A stretch of 64,000 nt of DNA from Eutreptiella sp. 'Long Island Sound 2002' (Eukaryota > Protista > Euglenida): the NCBI GenBank assembly GCA_964036045.1, contig OZ038378.1, positions 183,024,001 through 183,088,000 on the forward strand, in the 5' to 3' direction. Positions 9,848 to 21,668 of this stretch are shown here, piece by piece. How positions within the stretch are numbered: position 1 is the stretch's first letter; the number at the start of each line of letters is the position of its first letter. The translations under genes and the position numbers were made by a program. Under the pieces are notes generated by a model. The model was not told the origin of the DNA, did no database searches, and was given only the letters and a program-made list of their open reading frames with translations.

Positions 9848-11722
9848 ACAATGGGGCGGGTTGTGAGGGGGAGGGAGCAAGAGCAGCCGTGGGATCGCCC
9901 ACAGGCGCCGCTGGAGGAGGGGGAAGGTGGAGCGCAGCTGTGGGATCGCCCACAGGCGCTCCCGGGGGAGGGTGGAGGGTAGGAGGGCAGCCGTGGGACG
10001 GCCCACTGGCGCTGCCAGGGAAGGGAGGTGTGAGTGGGGCAGGGGCAGGGGGAGGGGAGGTGCCGGGCCTGCTTTCAGTCCGGCCCTCTTTCTGTTGGGG
10101 GGGGGGGGGGTAGGGGCAGCAAAAGGTCTGCTCTCCTGTTTCCTGGTCCCCAAGGGGGAACCAGCCCACGGCCTGCACCCTCGCTTTGTGGTGGCTGAAA
10201 TTTGGGCCGACAGGGGGCGTTCTAAGAGGGGGGGGGGGGGCTGAAGACGGGGCCATGACAACCTCCGGTATGAGGTGCCAAAAGGTCTTCTTCCTCGGTA
10301 GGGTCTAAGGAGCGGCGGATGTCGGCGTTTATTGACGCCTCAATGCATCGGTCAACGATGATCAGCACCTGTTGGTGGGGGGGAGGGGGGCAGGCACGGT
10401 CCCTGCATCCCACCCCACTTGCTCAAAATGCCCGGAGCTCAATGAAAATTTTCAATTATGACAGAAAAACACTTCTGAACCATATGTCACATTTCGATCT
10501 GTGCATTGCAGATGTAGGGTCAGGTTAGTGAGTTGGCCATTTGCAAGTGTAGGGTTGGAGGATAACAGGTGCAATTCCTACATAGGGAATATTCTGCTGT
10601 GTGGCATTTTTGCGTAGCGGGACATCTCTCCGTGCTCTGCCTTGCTTCTCCTACAAGGCTCTAGTGACCCCTACTCCTTTTTCTATGATCAGGTTCTGTC
10701 ACACCCGTGCAGTTCCCATCAGATGCTGGCGGTCCATGTGGCCCCAAGGCGGCGGCCTGCGCCCGTTCCGGCAGTGCAAGCCACTGTGCACGCTGGCCAG
10801 CTACCATCCTGAGGGTTTTTGCACTGGTGCCAGGTCACTAGGGCACGGAGGGGGATGGGGGCTGCTTGAACTAGGGAGGGGGCTGACTGGCTGGGCTAAG
10901 CACCCCTCAGACCCTCCGCAGTACACATTTCCTGTCATTATTCTGCATCTGGGTCCCGGGCCCATTTCCAAGCCTCCACCGGACTGCCTCTCTCTGCTGA
11001 TGCTGTCACGGGAGCCCTCTTGCTCGAGGGTGGGGGGGGGGGGGGGGGCAACGACAACGATGATAGCAACGCCCTTGCAGCCACCACCAACAGCAAGCAT
11101 GACTGTCCGGGACACAATACATCAGACAAAGGTGTTTGTCCCTCGAATGATGCGCTGAAGGCCATCCGCCGTACGGCATCCCCCCGACTTGTCGCGCCTG
11201 ACTGATGTCCTGTACGCGCCTTGCACATGGCAAGGGACGTCGTGAGCGGGCCTGGGCCCCGCCTGGGGGCTATGGAGGGTCCCAGGAGGGGCGGTGGGGT
11301 CAGGGAGAGGGGTGCCCGCAAGTGGGACGGGGGTGGGGTGGTTTGGGGGGGGGGGGGGGCAGTGGTAGGAGTTGGTGGGCTCTCCTGCCTGGGAGTACGT
11401 TGCATGTGGCATGGCCGGCCGATGTGCAGGGTCGTCGGGGACGCCATCGTGCACCCCCCAGGCAGCCTGTGAGCCTTGAGCTCGGCCTCCACATCCAAAT
11501 CCAAATCCCGCCCCAAACCCCCCGTAATCCCCCCCCCCATACTCCACCCAATACCCACCCCCCATACCCGCTTCCATACCTTCCCATGTGCCACATTTGG
11601 TGTATTTTTGTGCGTGAAGACTCTCCGCACTGCGGACGGCTACTGTGAGCAACACAGCGGACGGCTGTGTAGGGGGCCTGGATTTGGGTCTGCGAGCGGG
11701 TCTTTTGCGGGCAGACATGGGG

Positions 11723-12125
11723 CAGGGGGGGGGGATTATGCACGTGCATAATTGTGCATAATTTTGCATAATGGTCTGCCCCACTCTTGTCCAATGCAGT
11801 TTGTTGTTGTGTTTATCATGGACAATTTTGTCCAGCAAAATGCACCTGCACATGCTTCCACTGCTGAAGATGTTTTGCCGGACGATGAAATTCTTCCACC
11901 ATCTGAGAATGAGGGACAGCAAGGTGATTTTCTGACCAAAATAGGCATGAATGGCTGCTGCAGATTTCACTGTGCTGTCTGTTTGTGGGGGATTGCAATC
12001 CCAGGTTCCCTCTTGTTTGCAATCCCTGTGTGTCTTCGTTGCAATGCAGCCCGCATGGTCGTGCATAATTGTGCATAATTGTGCATTACATAATCCAAGG
12101 CCCCTGCATAAAATCCCCCCCCCTG
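11723..12125. mobile_element. hAT-like MITE with CAG(G)n TIRs and GCATAATTGT subterminal repeats
   Basis: Left cag(g)n-attatgca, right tgcataaaat-(c)n-tg. CATGGGG duplicated at 11716-11722 and 12126-12132 (7 bp; an 8-bp TSD with homopolymer slip is possible). Confidence 0.75.
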
Positions 12126-12602
12126 CATGGGGGTATGCCACTGCTGTATTGCGTCAGCGCGTGCCTCCCAAGCGGGTGTCCGCCTGATGTCATGATGGCT
12201 TGAGCTGGGGCTCAGCCTTTCCTCGTCAGTGGCCCGACCTCCTGAATCCTGGGGCCAGACAGAGGCTGTGACCTTCCCTCATCCCTCATTCTGGGGGCCC
12301 CTGAAGGAGCGGTGCCCTGAGAAGACGCGCGGGCGGGGGACGGTCTGCCTGTGTTTGTGCGTTGGCGTTGCCCTGCCATCGGGGCCGAACAATGCCCCAC
12401 TGGCGGGGGCGCGGCGGCGTTGCAGTCATGCCGGAGTATTGTGTGTTGGGGGGGGGGGGGGGGGGGCTGCCGACCGTTGTTGAATCTTATCACAGGCTAT
12501 GCCATGTGCCCGGCGCGGGGGGGCGTGCAGGCGCGTGTCACACCGCTACTTGGGACGCCGTCCCGCCAGACCGAACACTGATGCGCGTTTCCTGAATGGG
12601 TC

Positions 12603-12940
12603 CAGGGATGGGCATAAGAGCGGGTCCAATTTTTGGTGGGGGTTGGGGGGGGGGGGGTGGCTATCTGTCACTCAGTGACACATGGGGAGTGACAGATAGC
12701 TGGACTTTGTGCTGGAGTGACACATAGACACAATGACAATTAGCCACAATTCCAGCGCCGAAAATTTTTTGCATACAAAAAGAGGACTGTCTGCTTATGC
12801 CCAAAATGCTCAGTTTTTTATGGAGAATTCAAATATGCATGAAAAACATGAAAAAAAATTCACGCCCCTCTCTACCCTTATGTGTCACTTGTCACTCGTC
12901 ACTCAGGGGGGGGGGGGGGGGACCGCTATGCCCACCACTG
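12603..12940. mobile_element. hAT-type MITE (CAGGGATGGGCATA family)
   Basis: TIRs CAGGGATGGGCATA / TATGCCCACCACTG (12/14); TSD AATGGGTC (12595-12602) vs ATTGGGTC (12941-12948); internal gtcact repeats. Confidence 0.8.
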
Positions 12941-15900
12941 ATTGGGTCTCCTGCCAGTGATATTGAGAAGGCCATGCCATTCGCTTGGTGCTTTGTGACT
13001 GACAAAGAGGAGACGCACAAACAGCGAAGTTGGATGCGGTGCTCCGGAGCAGACGACCCAAACGGTACGACTCGCGGAGCCCCCCTCCTTAAGCCGCGTC
13101 GTGTTCCTTTCTCTTGGTGGATGGCACGCTGTCCGTCTGGCTTCAGTGCAGTGCACTGGATTTGTGGTGCACAGATCAGGGCGCGGATCGGCACCGCTTA
13201 TTGCCACTGCCAGAGCACAACATCACTAACTACTGCCGATGCACCGCAGCAAGTGGTCGCACAGCTAATGAACTCTAACCCTTCGACCGATATACTACGT
13301 GCTCCTTTCTCTATACGGCCTGCTCACCACCCTCAGTCATAACCCGCATTGTACGTAGACATGCAGGGGGCTTGGCCCTGCTGTTGATGTAATTTGTGTT
13401 GCTGTTGTTTATTATCATCAACTGCCCCCGTAGTCATGACCCTGCCTTCACGCTGCCCCCCCTCCCCCCCTCGGCCTGCGTCTGCTGCATTGCACATCTG
13501 CTCGCAGCCATCGTGTTCGTGCAAACATATCTGTGGGCTGCAGGCGCAGACCAGAGGTGCTCTAGGGCATCTGTCCAGGCCACCAGTTTTCCGACTCCTT
13601 GTAGATCGCAGAGCCCAGTGGCGATGGCACCATGCGGGGCAACGATATCGGCTGGTAGGGCTGAGCGTTGCAAAACCAAGCAACCCGGCCGTACCAAGCC
13701 CGGCCAAGCAACCATTGCATAGTGGCATGATGCACTCCCTCTTTCTTACGGCCATGGGCTCGCGTCGCTACAAAAAGTCCTACGCTCATGCACGGCATCG
13801 TCGCGTTGTCCTGCATGAGCGCGGCCTTGTCTAACCACGGGATCTCCGTCTGACCGTTGTTTCATCTGACTTGTGTGTACCGGGGGGGGGGGGGGGGCTC
13901 TAAGTATGTCACCCACAGATTTGTGCCCCACTAACAATGCCACTGCCAGACAATGACAACCACCACCACAGAGCCACACAACACCAAGCCACGAAGAGTC
14001 ACACATAGGCAAACGCAGCGCCACACAAAAGGTCAAGAGGCCCGAGGCCAATGGGCAGTGGTATCACTGCTCCCCGGCTTGCCCAAGGCCGGATCAAGGC
14101 TGTAGTCAGTGCTGTTATCCCGCCGTGCCCGGATGACCTCCACCCCAGGTGAGCAGTCCCCTGGCGTGGCCTCTGCCTTCTGTGCACCTGGGGTGTGACT
14201 TTTACATGCAGTCGTCCATGTGATCTGCTGGCCAGATCGATTTGTGCTCCACGGCCCTCCTGTGTACTGTCCCACGGCCCGACAAACACCCACTCACCTC
14301 CTCTTTTTGTGTTTTCCAGCATGGCTTTGATTGCTGGACAAATCTGTGACTGTCCTCATCCGGAGTTAACAGCCATTTCACTTTGCAAATTGGAAACCCA
14401 GAGTGGCCTGCAGCATGCCAGCCTGGAACTTACAGCAAGGGCCCCTGGTGGCACATGAGCCAAAAGAGGAAGAGCCTCTACTGCCCAAACATGGGGAGCC
14501 TCTCTCTACATTCCGTTCAGTTCCTGCAGCCTGGTGCAGGGAAAATCCTTTACCCGGATGTGAACGGCCAAAAGCTGCACTATTCTTTCCCTCTTCTTGT
14601 CTTTCCCACCCTTTGTGCGTCCGGGTTGACGTGATTCCTTGCTGGGGTAAGGACCCCAATACGCCAGGGGTTATGCAGCCATTTTTGACTCCTACCCGGC
14701 TCTGGGGACCATGACAATGCAGGGGTTATTTAGCAATTTTGATTCCTCCTCTTTTTTGGGACCCGGAGAAGGCAGGGGTTGTGTAGCCGCTTTGATTCCT
14801 GCCCGAAGGGTCAGGGCGGACAGGATCTGGGTTGGACAACAGGGAAGCAAAATTAAAGTTGCCAAAGTGATTTCGCTTTGGCAACGGGAGGGAATGCAGC
14901 CACCAACAAACAGACCTGTTGTCGGCCAATCTAGTAGGCATGATACAGCCACAACTGGTGCCTCTCCCTAGCAGTGGTTAATCAGAGTACCCCCCCCCTT
15001 TGCATATGCTACGGTCTTGTCCAAGGTACAGCAGGCCTAGGGACCATATTAATTCGGGACCTAATTTGATTCCTTGCCAAATGTAGTGCAGCCACAGAAG
15101 ACATGGGTTTGGTGACAAATGTGCCAGCTACATAGAGTTATTGACACATTTGTTGTGAGTGAACCCGCATAGCTCTGATTTTGGGCATAATTTTTACATT
15201 ATATTCCCCTTTCTTGCACCAGCTCACCATGCAATTTCCACTTTTTTGAACCTGGGCATCTACAGCCTTGTCCAAGCTACAGTAGGCGCAGGCACCGTAT
15301 TAATTTCGGACTTTTGCATCCCCAATGATGAGGGGGGGGGGGATATGACACTAGTTGTCAAATTACAGCATTACCAGATGTCCCCCAAAAGCACAACAAA
15401 GAAACTTGGCACAGAATTCGCACCCTGCCTGTTCCAAAGCAACACTTATCCTTCTTTACGAATGCTTCTGGGACAAGCTCGTGCATGATACCCACTATGG
15501 CATTTGGTGCATTGAAAGCGGTAGTGTCCCTACAATCATGTCCCTCTTACCTCGAATCTTCACTGCAACTAGAACCGCACGCAATCCTGCTGGCGCCAGG
15601 TGGACACCAGCGCGCTGGTTGCTGGCCAGGCCCTGGCAGCAGCCTGCTCCCCCCTGCGCAAGCGCTGCAGCACCCCCTGCAGCCTGGGGTTCGTCGCTGC
15701 CAGCAATACCACATACCACAGCGATTGCACGCGTGGCATGCAGTACACAACAGCAACCTGAACCTGAACCTGAACCTGACCCCAGACCCTGATCATGAGC
15801 CCCTCCACATATCATTGCACCCCCCGAAATGGCCACAAACACGAATCCATTGCCAAATAAGCTGTGCATGAGGCGGGGGGAGGGGGGTAGTGGGGGGTTG

Positions 15901-16199
15901 CCACAGCACATTTTGTTGCCGGGTAGACTAACAGCATGGTCGATTGCAAAGCGTCACACAGGTGACACTTTGACATCCTGACCTATTACATGATGTACGA
16001 CAAGCCTCTGACATCCCAAATGGGGACCAGTGTGAACCCTGCAGGATAACCGCTAGGCTCGATGCAAACCGTGAGGACACGGCCCTTCACCCCCCCCCCC
16101 CCCAGTTGGTGCCAGAGACCCCCAAGAATTCCGGTTTCTCGCGTCTCTGCAATTTCGGAGGGCCAGCTGGGACGGCATTCCGCACGGAAATTCGCCTGA

Positions 16200-16860
16200 T
16201 GCCCGTGCGGCCCTAAATGCCAGGAATATCGGTAGGAATGGTTCCTAGCCGCAGTCTCTGGGGGGCTCGCCACTGTGGGCCACTGGGAATTTTGGTACCC
16301 CATGTCTTCGCCTCAAACGGCGATATTGATGGCGTTTTGGCCCGGCCCAACGTCGGTGAAAATTCAAGGGGCTCTGCCTGCTGCATCAACCCCCCAAAAG
16401 TCCTGGCGCCCGGGCCGGACATGTGGGCCCACTTAATTCCCGGAGGTCTGCCCCAGCAACCCTCGCCGTGAAGGACAGCCAGGAACCATCGCTGGCGATA
16501 TTGCTGCCCTCTTTGGGCGCTGGGGGGGGCACCCAAATTCTCCGCACCCAACCTGCATGGCCAGCTTTGCAAATTTGCCCGCGACTACACCGGGACATTG
16601 GCCTCCAAAATTTGCCGCAGCCCGCATTCGCAACCCTCGCCAGAGCCTTGGGTTGGGAACCATTGCTGGCGATATTGCAGGCATTCAAGGCCGCACGGGC
16701 ATCGGCCGAATTTCCCGGCGCTCTGCCAGTCCAGTCAACCCTCCCAAAATGTGGCAGCAATAGGCTCGGGTGGCCTCCCATGGCCAAAGTCGCCAGTGCA
16801 GACCGCAGGGAATTTGGGGGCCAGTGTGCCACGCAGGCTGCAGGTAATTCTGCACAGCAC
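16200..16860. repeat. Degenerate ~175-bp tandem repeat, at least 3 copies
   Basis: ggcgatattg recurs at 16319, 16494 and 16668; caaccctcgcc and gaaccat(c/t)gctgg also recur at about that period. Confidence 0.7.
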
Positions 16861-18344
16861 CTCGGGTAGCATTTGCACCACCATGAGTATCTCGTCCGCT
16901 AGTGGCGAGTGTCACTGGGAATGTTTGAAACGTTGCTAGTTTGTACTCTCGATGTGATGGACCCCGTATTTTCAATTTTCCGGGGAAGTCACCAGAGGGA
17001 ATGCTTGTTAAAAAAATTGCTTGGATGGTGTGTTTGAGACATGTGCATTTTTCTTGGGGACCGTTGGTGCTCGGATGGGGCAGTTGCACCGATGCATACA
17101 CTGGTGACAGATTTCAAGGTCCAAATAGACGTCACACCACCCTGGGTGGCCTGTGGCACTCCACTAGGGACAACCTATATTTTACTTTACCCACCGCTAA
17201 GGTATGGTCACACTGTCCGAGCGTCCAGCAAGAAGGTTTTGTGCTAGCAACGAAGATTCTGTGGGATTCTATGGATTTTTTGGGAGGGCTCTTCTTGGGA
17301 TGGTTCAGCGATGTTCAGCCGCTAATAGTTACCACGGTGCAAGCGCGGTGCAACAACTCCCTCACAACCCTTTCCAGTGTCAACCCTCTCTCAGCATTCA
17401 AGCCTCCCGGTTTAGGCCCCTCTTGGTGTTAGTGCCGACCCTTCCCTTCCCCTGCCAATAGAAAGTGTAGGAGCCAGCAACTATGGCACATGCCCTGCCA
17501 AGGACACACGTGTGGAGGCAGAGATGTCCACAGTACAGACAGGGGCATTACTGCGCTTCCATCAAACGCTTGATAGCCGTGCAGGCCACCTCGACACCCC
17601 CACGTCCCACGGAGTTGCTGCCCCCCAAGGGTGTACAGCAGTTGCATTCCACTCTGCATGCCTTCTTTCAAACACGTGTTTTGCCGCTTGAGGACACTGA
17701 TGCTATTTCATTGGCAGGCAACTCGCCCCCACAAGATCGACCCCCTTCCCCCACAATGGCAACACATGCTATGGTTGTGGACTGCCAAAAAAGGGCTTCG
17801 AAGCAACAACCCAAAGCCCTTTGATTAGCGCACCCCAAGTGATCAACAGTGATGGGGAGGTGGTTGAGGAGGGATTGTCCTACCACTGATGAGGACAGCG
17901 AGAGTGAAGTGATTTGGGAAGTCTGCTCGGGGAACATGGGGGTTAGGCCACACCTTTGGGGACAAGTTGTATTTCACCCGGGACATCCTGGTGCAAAAGT
18001 GGATCCCCACACAACTGGTGGCCCCAAAAGTTCCTAAACCTGCACCTACCCAAACGTGGAAAGCAGCCTGCAGCCATTTCATGTGCTCCTAACTCCGGGG
18101 GGGGGGGGGTCATTTGGCCACGGTTCCCCCAGGGGTGGGGGGGGGACCGTGGTCCCTAGTTGGGGGGAGGGTTACATGCAGACCCATACAGGTGCACTTG
18201 TCAATGATCATGGAGCGAGGGAGAGAGCAATGCTCATGCAAAGCTGTTCCTCATGTCATTTGTGGCACTTGAAAAGATCTGGAAATGAGCACCATTCAAA
18301 ATCAATGACAACAGACCCCTGCAAGCGATTTCGGGGGATCCTTA

Positions 18345-18936
18345 CCCCCCCCCCCCCGTGTCCAACGAATGCCGTGTCCAAGGAACACTTCCGTTCGGAC
18401 CGTAATTTTTGAGCACATAATTAGTTACGGACTTAATTATGTACCAGGCTTCAGAATCAAGGTTTCAGGCCAAAGGATTGTGGAAGTGAGGGTTTGTAGT
18501 GAGTGACTGTGGGTAAATTTGTAAAGGAGGATGTGAGGGAATTGTGTCCCTCAACTACAGGACCTCTATTGCCCACCATGACTGATTCTCTGCTTGCATC
18601 TCACCAGGAGGTACTATACAAGCGGTGTCCGTCCCAAAGGTCCCTAAGCCAGATCAGTGCCCGTGCCAAGAACAAGGAGGGCCCCAAGCCCGGGGAGCAT
18701 GTTCAGCTTTTCCGCATGGAGCGGGACCGCAACAAGGGCTTCTAATCTGGAAACCGCTAATTGGAGGCCTCCATTGCTTTGTACTTTGAATGGGCTGGGT
18801 GTCTTGTGCCTAGAGATGTGTTAGCCGTTTTGCAATATTGTTGGGCGCACCGAACGGTGTGTCCAACGAACACTCCTGTTCGGACCGTATTTTTTGAGAA
18901 CAAAATTGTTCGTTGGACACGGGGGGGGGGGGGGGG
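18345..18936. mobile_element. TA-flanked MITE with poly-C/poly-G-capped TIRs (Tc1/mariner-like TSD)
   Basis: Left C13-GTGTCCAACGAA (18345-18369), right TTCGTTGGACAC-G16 (18909-18936); TA at 18343-18344 and 18937-18938; ~48-bp internal direct repeat near both ends. Confidence 0.8.
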
Positions 18937-18960
18937 TAACAAAGAACAATTTCCCGTGAG

Positions 18961-19000
18961 ATTTGGGAGGCTTCGTTCTCATGTGCAGGGTTCTTTTACA
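18961..19000 (+). promoter_or_regulatory. Candidate trans-splice (or cis) acceptor with a 12-nt 5' UTR
   Basis: cttcgttctcatgtgcAG (AG at 18987-18988), then ggttcttttaca, then ATG at 19001. Confidence 0.45.
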
Positions 19001-19666
19001 ATGTCTTCTACTCAACCCGTTGGTGCCCATTTCCAGGCCAAACCACGTCCTCCCAGTGTGATCAGTGATCTGTTCAATTGGAAAATGATCCTCAGCGACC
19101 ATGTGGACACCAACACCCTGAACGCTATTGAAGACTCCGCTGAGTACTTTGCTGAACCACAGGGACGTCTTCGTGCACAAACGCCTGCATTTGTCAGCAT
19201 CGAAGAGAATGTCGGCCACGACGGAAATGCACCAAAGCCTTGTCTAGCCATTATCGCCGCGGAGGATATTTCCCTGCTTAATGTGTGTGGGAGCGAAGTG
19301 GGATCAAGCCTGCAGTTGATTTTGCCAACCCAACTGACGGCTGGGCCCACCACAGTACAGGCATTGCCTCCACTAAAAGCTCAAGGCGAACGAGATGCCA
19401 CCCCAGAGGATCGTTTTCCTTTCATCTCCGAGGCGAAATGTGGTCACCATTTGCATTTCAATCACTTGCGTTCCAAACGAAGCTACTCATATTACAAATG
19501 CGACTTCTGCAACGCACATTGGCGTCAGTTGCGACCCAAAGTGAGGCGAAGTCAAGCCAGTCTGAAAGACTGCCTCCCTTTCAGTGTTGCAGATCATCAC
19601 GCGGGGGGTACCCAACGTGGTGGCACAGCGACCGAATGTGTGTTTTCGGAAGGTGTTTTTGGGTGA
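19001..19666 (+). CDS. 221-aa protein of unknown function with a C-terminal CxH-x17-CxxC-x3-W putative zinc ribbon
   Basis: Open frame from ATG 19001; CGHHLHFNHLRSKRSYSYYKCDFCNAHWRQ; non-repetitive sequence; acceptor AG just upstream. Confidence 0.65.
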   Translation: MSSTQPVGAHFQAKPRPPSVISDLFNWKMILSDHVDTNTLNAIEDSAEYFAEPQGRLRAQTPAFVSIEENVGHDGNAPKPCLAIIAAEDISLLNVCGSEVGSSLQLILPTQLTAGPTTVQALPPLKAQGERDATPEDRFPFISEAKCGHHLHFNHLRSKRSYSYYKCDFCNAHWRQLRPKVRRSQASLKDCLPFSVADHHAGGTQRGGTATECVFSEGVFG

Positions 19667-21668
19667 CTCAGGCCACCATACACCTCCTTGTTACGTTGAA
19701 GGTTTCTTAGCCCCCCCCCCCCCCTATTTTTAGGAATTTTGGTGTTTGGGCAGTGTTGGATCTATTGGATCAGGTTTGGGGTGCAGCCCCTTTGAGGGGG
19801 CATGCTCCGTTCATGGGGCTCCAACCGCCCCCACCGGAAATGGGGCAGTTGGGTACGCTGCATGTTCTTATTTATATTTTCCACCAATTGAATAGCTTCG
19901 TGGCCCCAAGAATGGGTCTAGTTTGCTGAATGGGTAGTAGGATATACGGATCTGAATCTACAGAAGGCAACAACACGGCATTGTACTTTCCTGTGCTGTT
20001 GGTTACGCTTTACACAGGTTTCATCTCTGTCATTTGTGGATCACTGAGTTTGCATTCATGGGAATGAACAGCTGCATTTTGAGAACAGTTGTATGCTCCA
20101 GCAAAGTCACATTCTTGTGTGTCGCATTTGCCGGTGTCATGCACCACCGCTGTATGCACACTAGGCATCCAACACCCCTCCAAAAGCCAGCAGCCAGTTA
20201 TTCCTGATCAGACATCAGTCACCACTTTCTTGAGTGTGTAACCCCCCGTGCGCAAGAACCGCCGTGCACAATGACCACCCCCTGGTCACACAGCGGTTTT
20301 CCTGACACTGTGATTTTTTCACGGAGTTGTGTCTTCATGGCTGTGGTGGATGTAGGGCAACAATTGAAGCATTTAGGACCAAATTTGAGTGTGTGTTACA
20401 TAGCACTACATGCATGTGGAGCGAAAATTGAGGTACATGCAATGACACATTTACTTGTCTACCACTTGTCCAATCCTTCTTCCTGCACCATAGACATTGG
20501 CATGGACACTGCCATGCACATTTACATGCGCAATGCAGCCCAATTCACTAAAATTCTGTTGTGTGTCCATGTGTTTGACGGTGAGAGAGGAAAGGGCATA
20601 TGTCCCCCGGCACAATGCGCCAAGATTTGGCGCTACGGTGCTGCTCATGATCGTGTCCAACAACCAATCTCCCGTCACACGGCGCTTTTTGGCTTGAAAA
20701 CACTGTCCAATAATCACCCACTGGTCGCACAGCGAAGCATTGCTGGTTCTTTGGGGGTTTGCATGGATGGCGGGGAGCCCCCAGACTCGGTAGTTTGGGG
20801 CCCATTCCGAACCAAGTAACCCGGAGTCATTGCGACTGCCAGAGTCCAGGTTTGGGGATTCTGGTCCGGTTTGTGCGCCCTGGTATTGTTATTTGTATTT
20901 GCACTGCACCCTGTCCTGCTGAGTCCACGTGCGTCGTCTGTCCCTGTGTCGGATACCTCGCTCTGCTCTTGCTTTGGATGTGCGCCTCACCTGTTTCTCC
21001 CTCGGTCGTGAACCATCTGCTGCTCTGTGATTTTTCCTTTTCGGGGCCTGTCTGTGTACCCGCTTGGTGCGTCTGGAGCATCAGGTCTTATGTTGTGGAT
21101 GCTGTGTTGTGTCCTCTCCCCTTCCCGCCGTGCGCCCCAGGAAGCCCCATGGACCCGCCCTTTTTCATGAGATGTGCCTGGTGACTGTTGTTGCTGTGCT
21201 CTGTGGATGTGCTGTGAAGAGTGGTGGGTATCCCAGGAAGCCATGGACAACTGACTGCACATCATGAGGGGGCCTCAGGTTTTGTTTGAACCAAGTACAG
21301 CCATTTCCGAAATGCAGTAAAGCTGTCGCTGTGCTCTCTGCACAGCCTCTTTGTGGGCTACCTACATGGAGGCCTGGCGTGGATCACATATTCCTTTCAT
21401 TTGTTCTGCGGCGGTGTAGAAAACCCGCCTGGGCAAGTCCGCCAGTTTTCATGAGGCAAAAAGCACATATGCGGGTGTCGCCGTAACACGGGAGGTTTGG
21501 TTGAAGGTTGGGCCTCAGGGCCCAGCCTTTGGGGTGGCATCTGTTTGTGATTTGCTTCTGTGAGAGTCTGGAATCTTGAGAACCTGAAGTGCTGAAACTT
21601 CGAGAACCGGAAGTGAAAACCCTGTCAAATGTTGAGAACCTGAAGTGAGGAGCCTCTGGAAACTTGAC

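Larger units (their letters stand above)
7330..10065 (-). repeat. Tandem array of ~525-535-bp units with tRNA-derived heads (SINE-like satellite)
   Basis: Near-identical units; heads at ~7843, 8367, 8903 and 9780, plus headless partial units at the array start and at 9320-9660. Confidence 0.9.

Noticed and set aside
15755-15791. (CCTGAA)4 as a telomere variant
   Set aside because: Too short and not associated with the telomere-bracketed units; treated as a simple repeat.
18761-19000. N-terminal 80 aa of the 301-aa ORF
   Set aside because: Runs through the TA-MITE and its G16 tract; ATG 19001 after an acceptor AG is the better start.
20100-20800. Possible BED-finger/hAT transposase relic on the minus strand
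   Set aside because: Motif resemblance is too weak across many stops to support a call without an HMM search.
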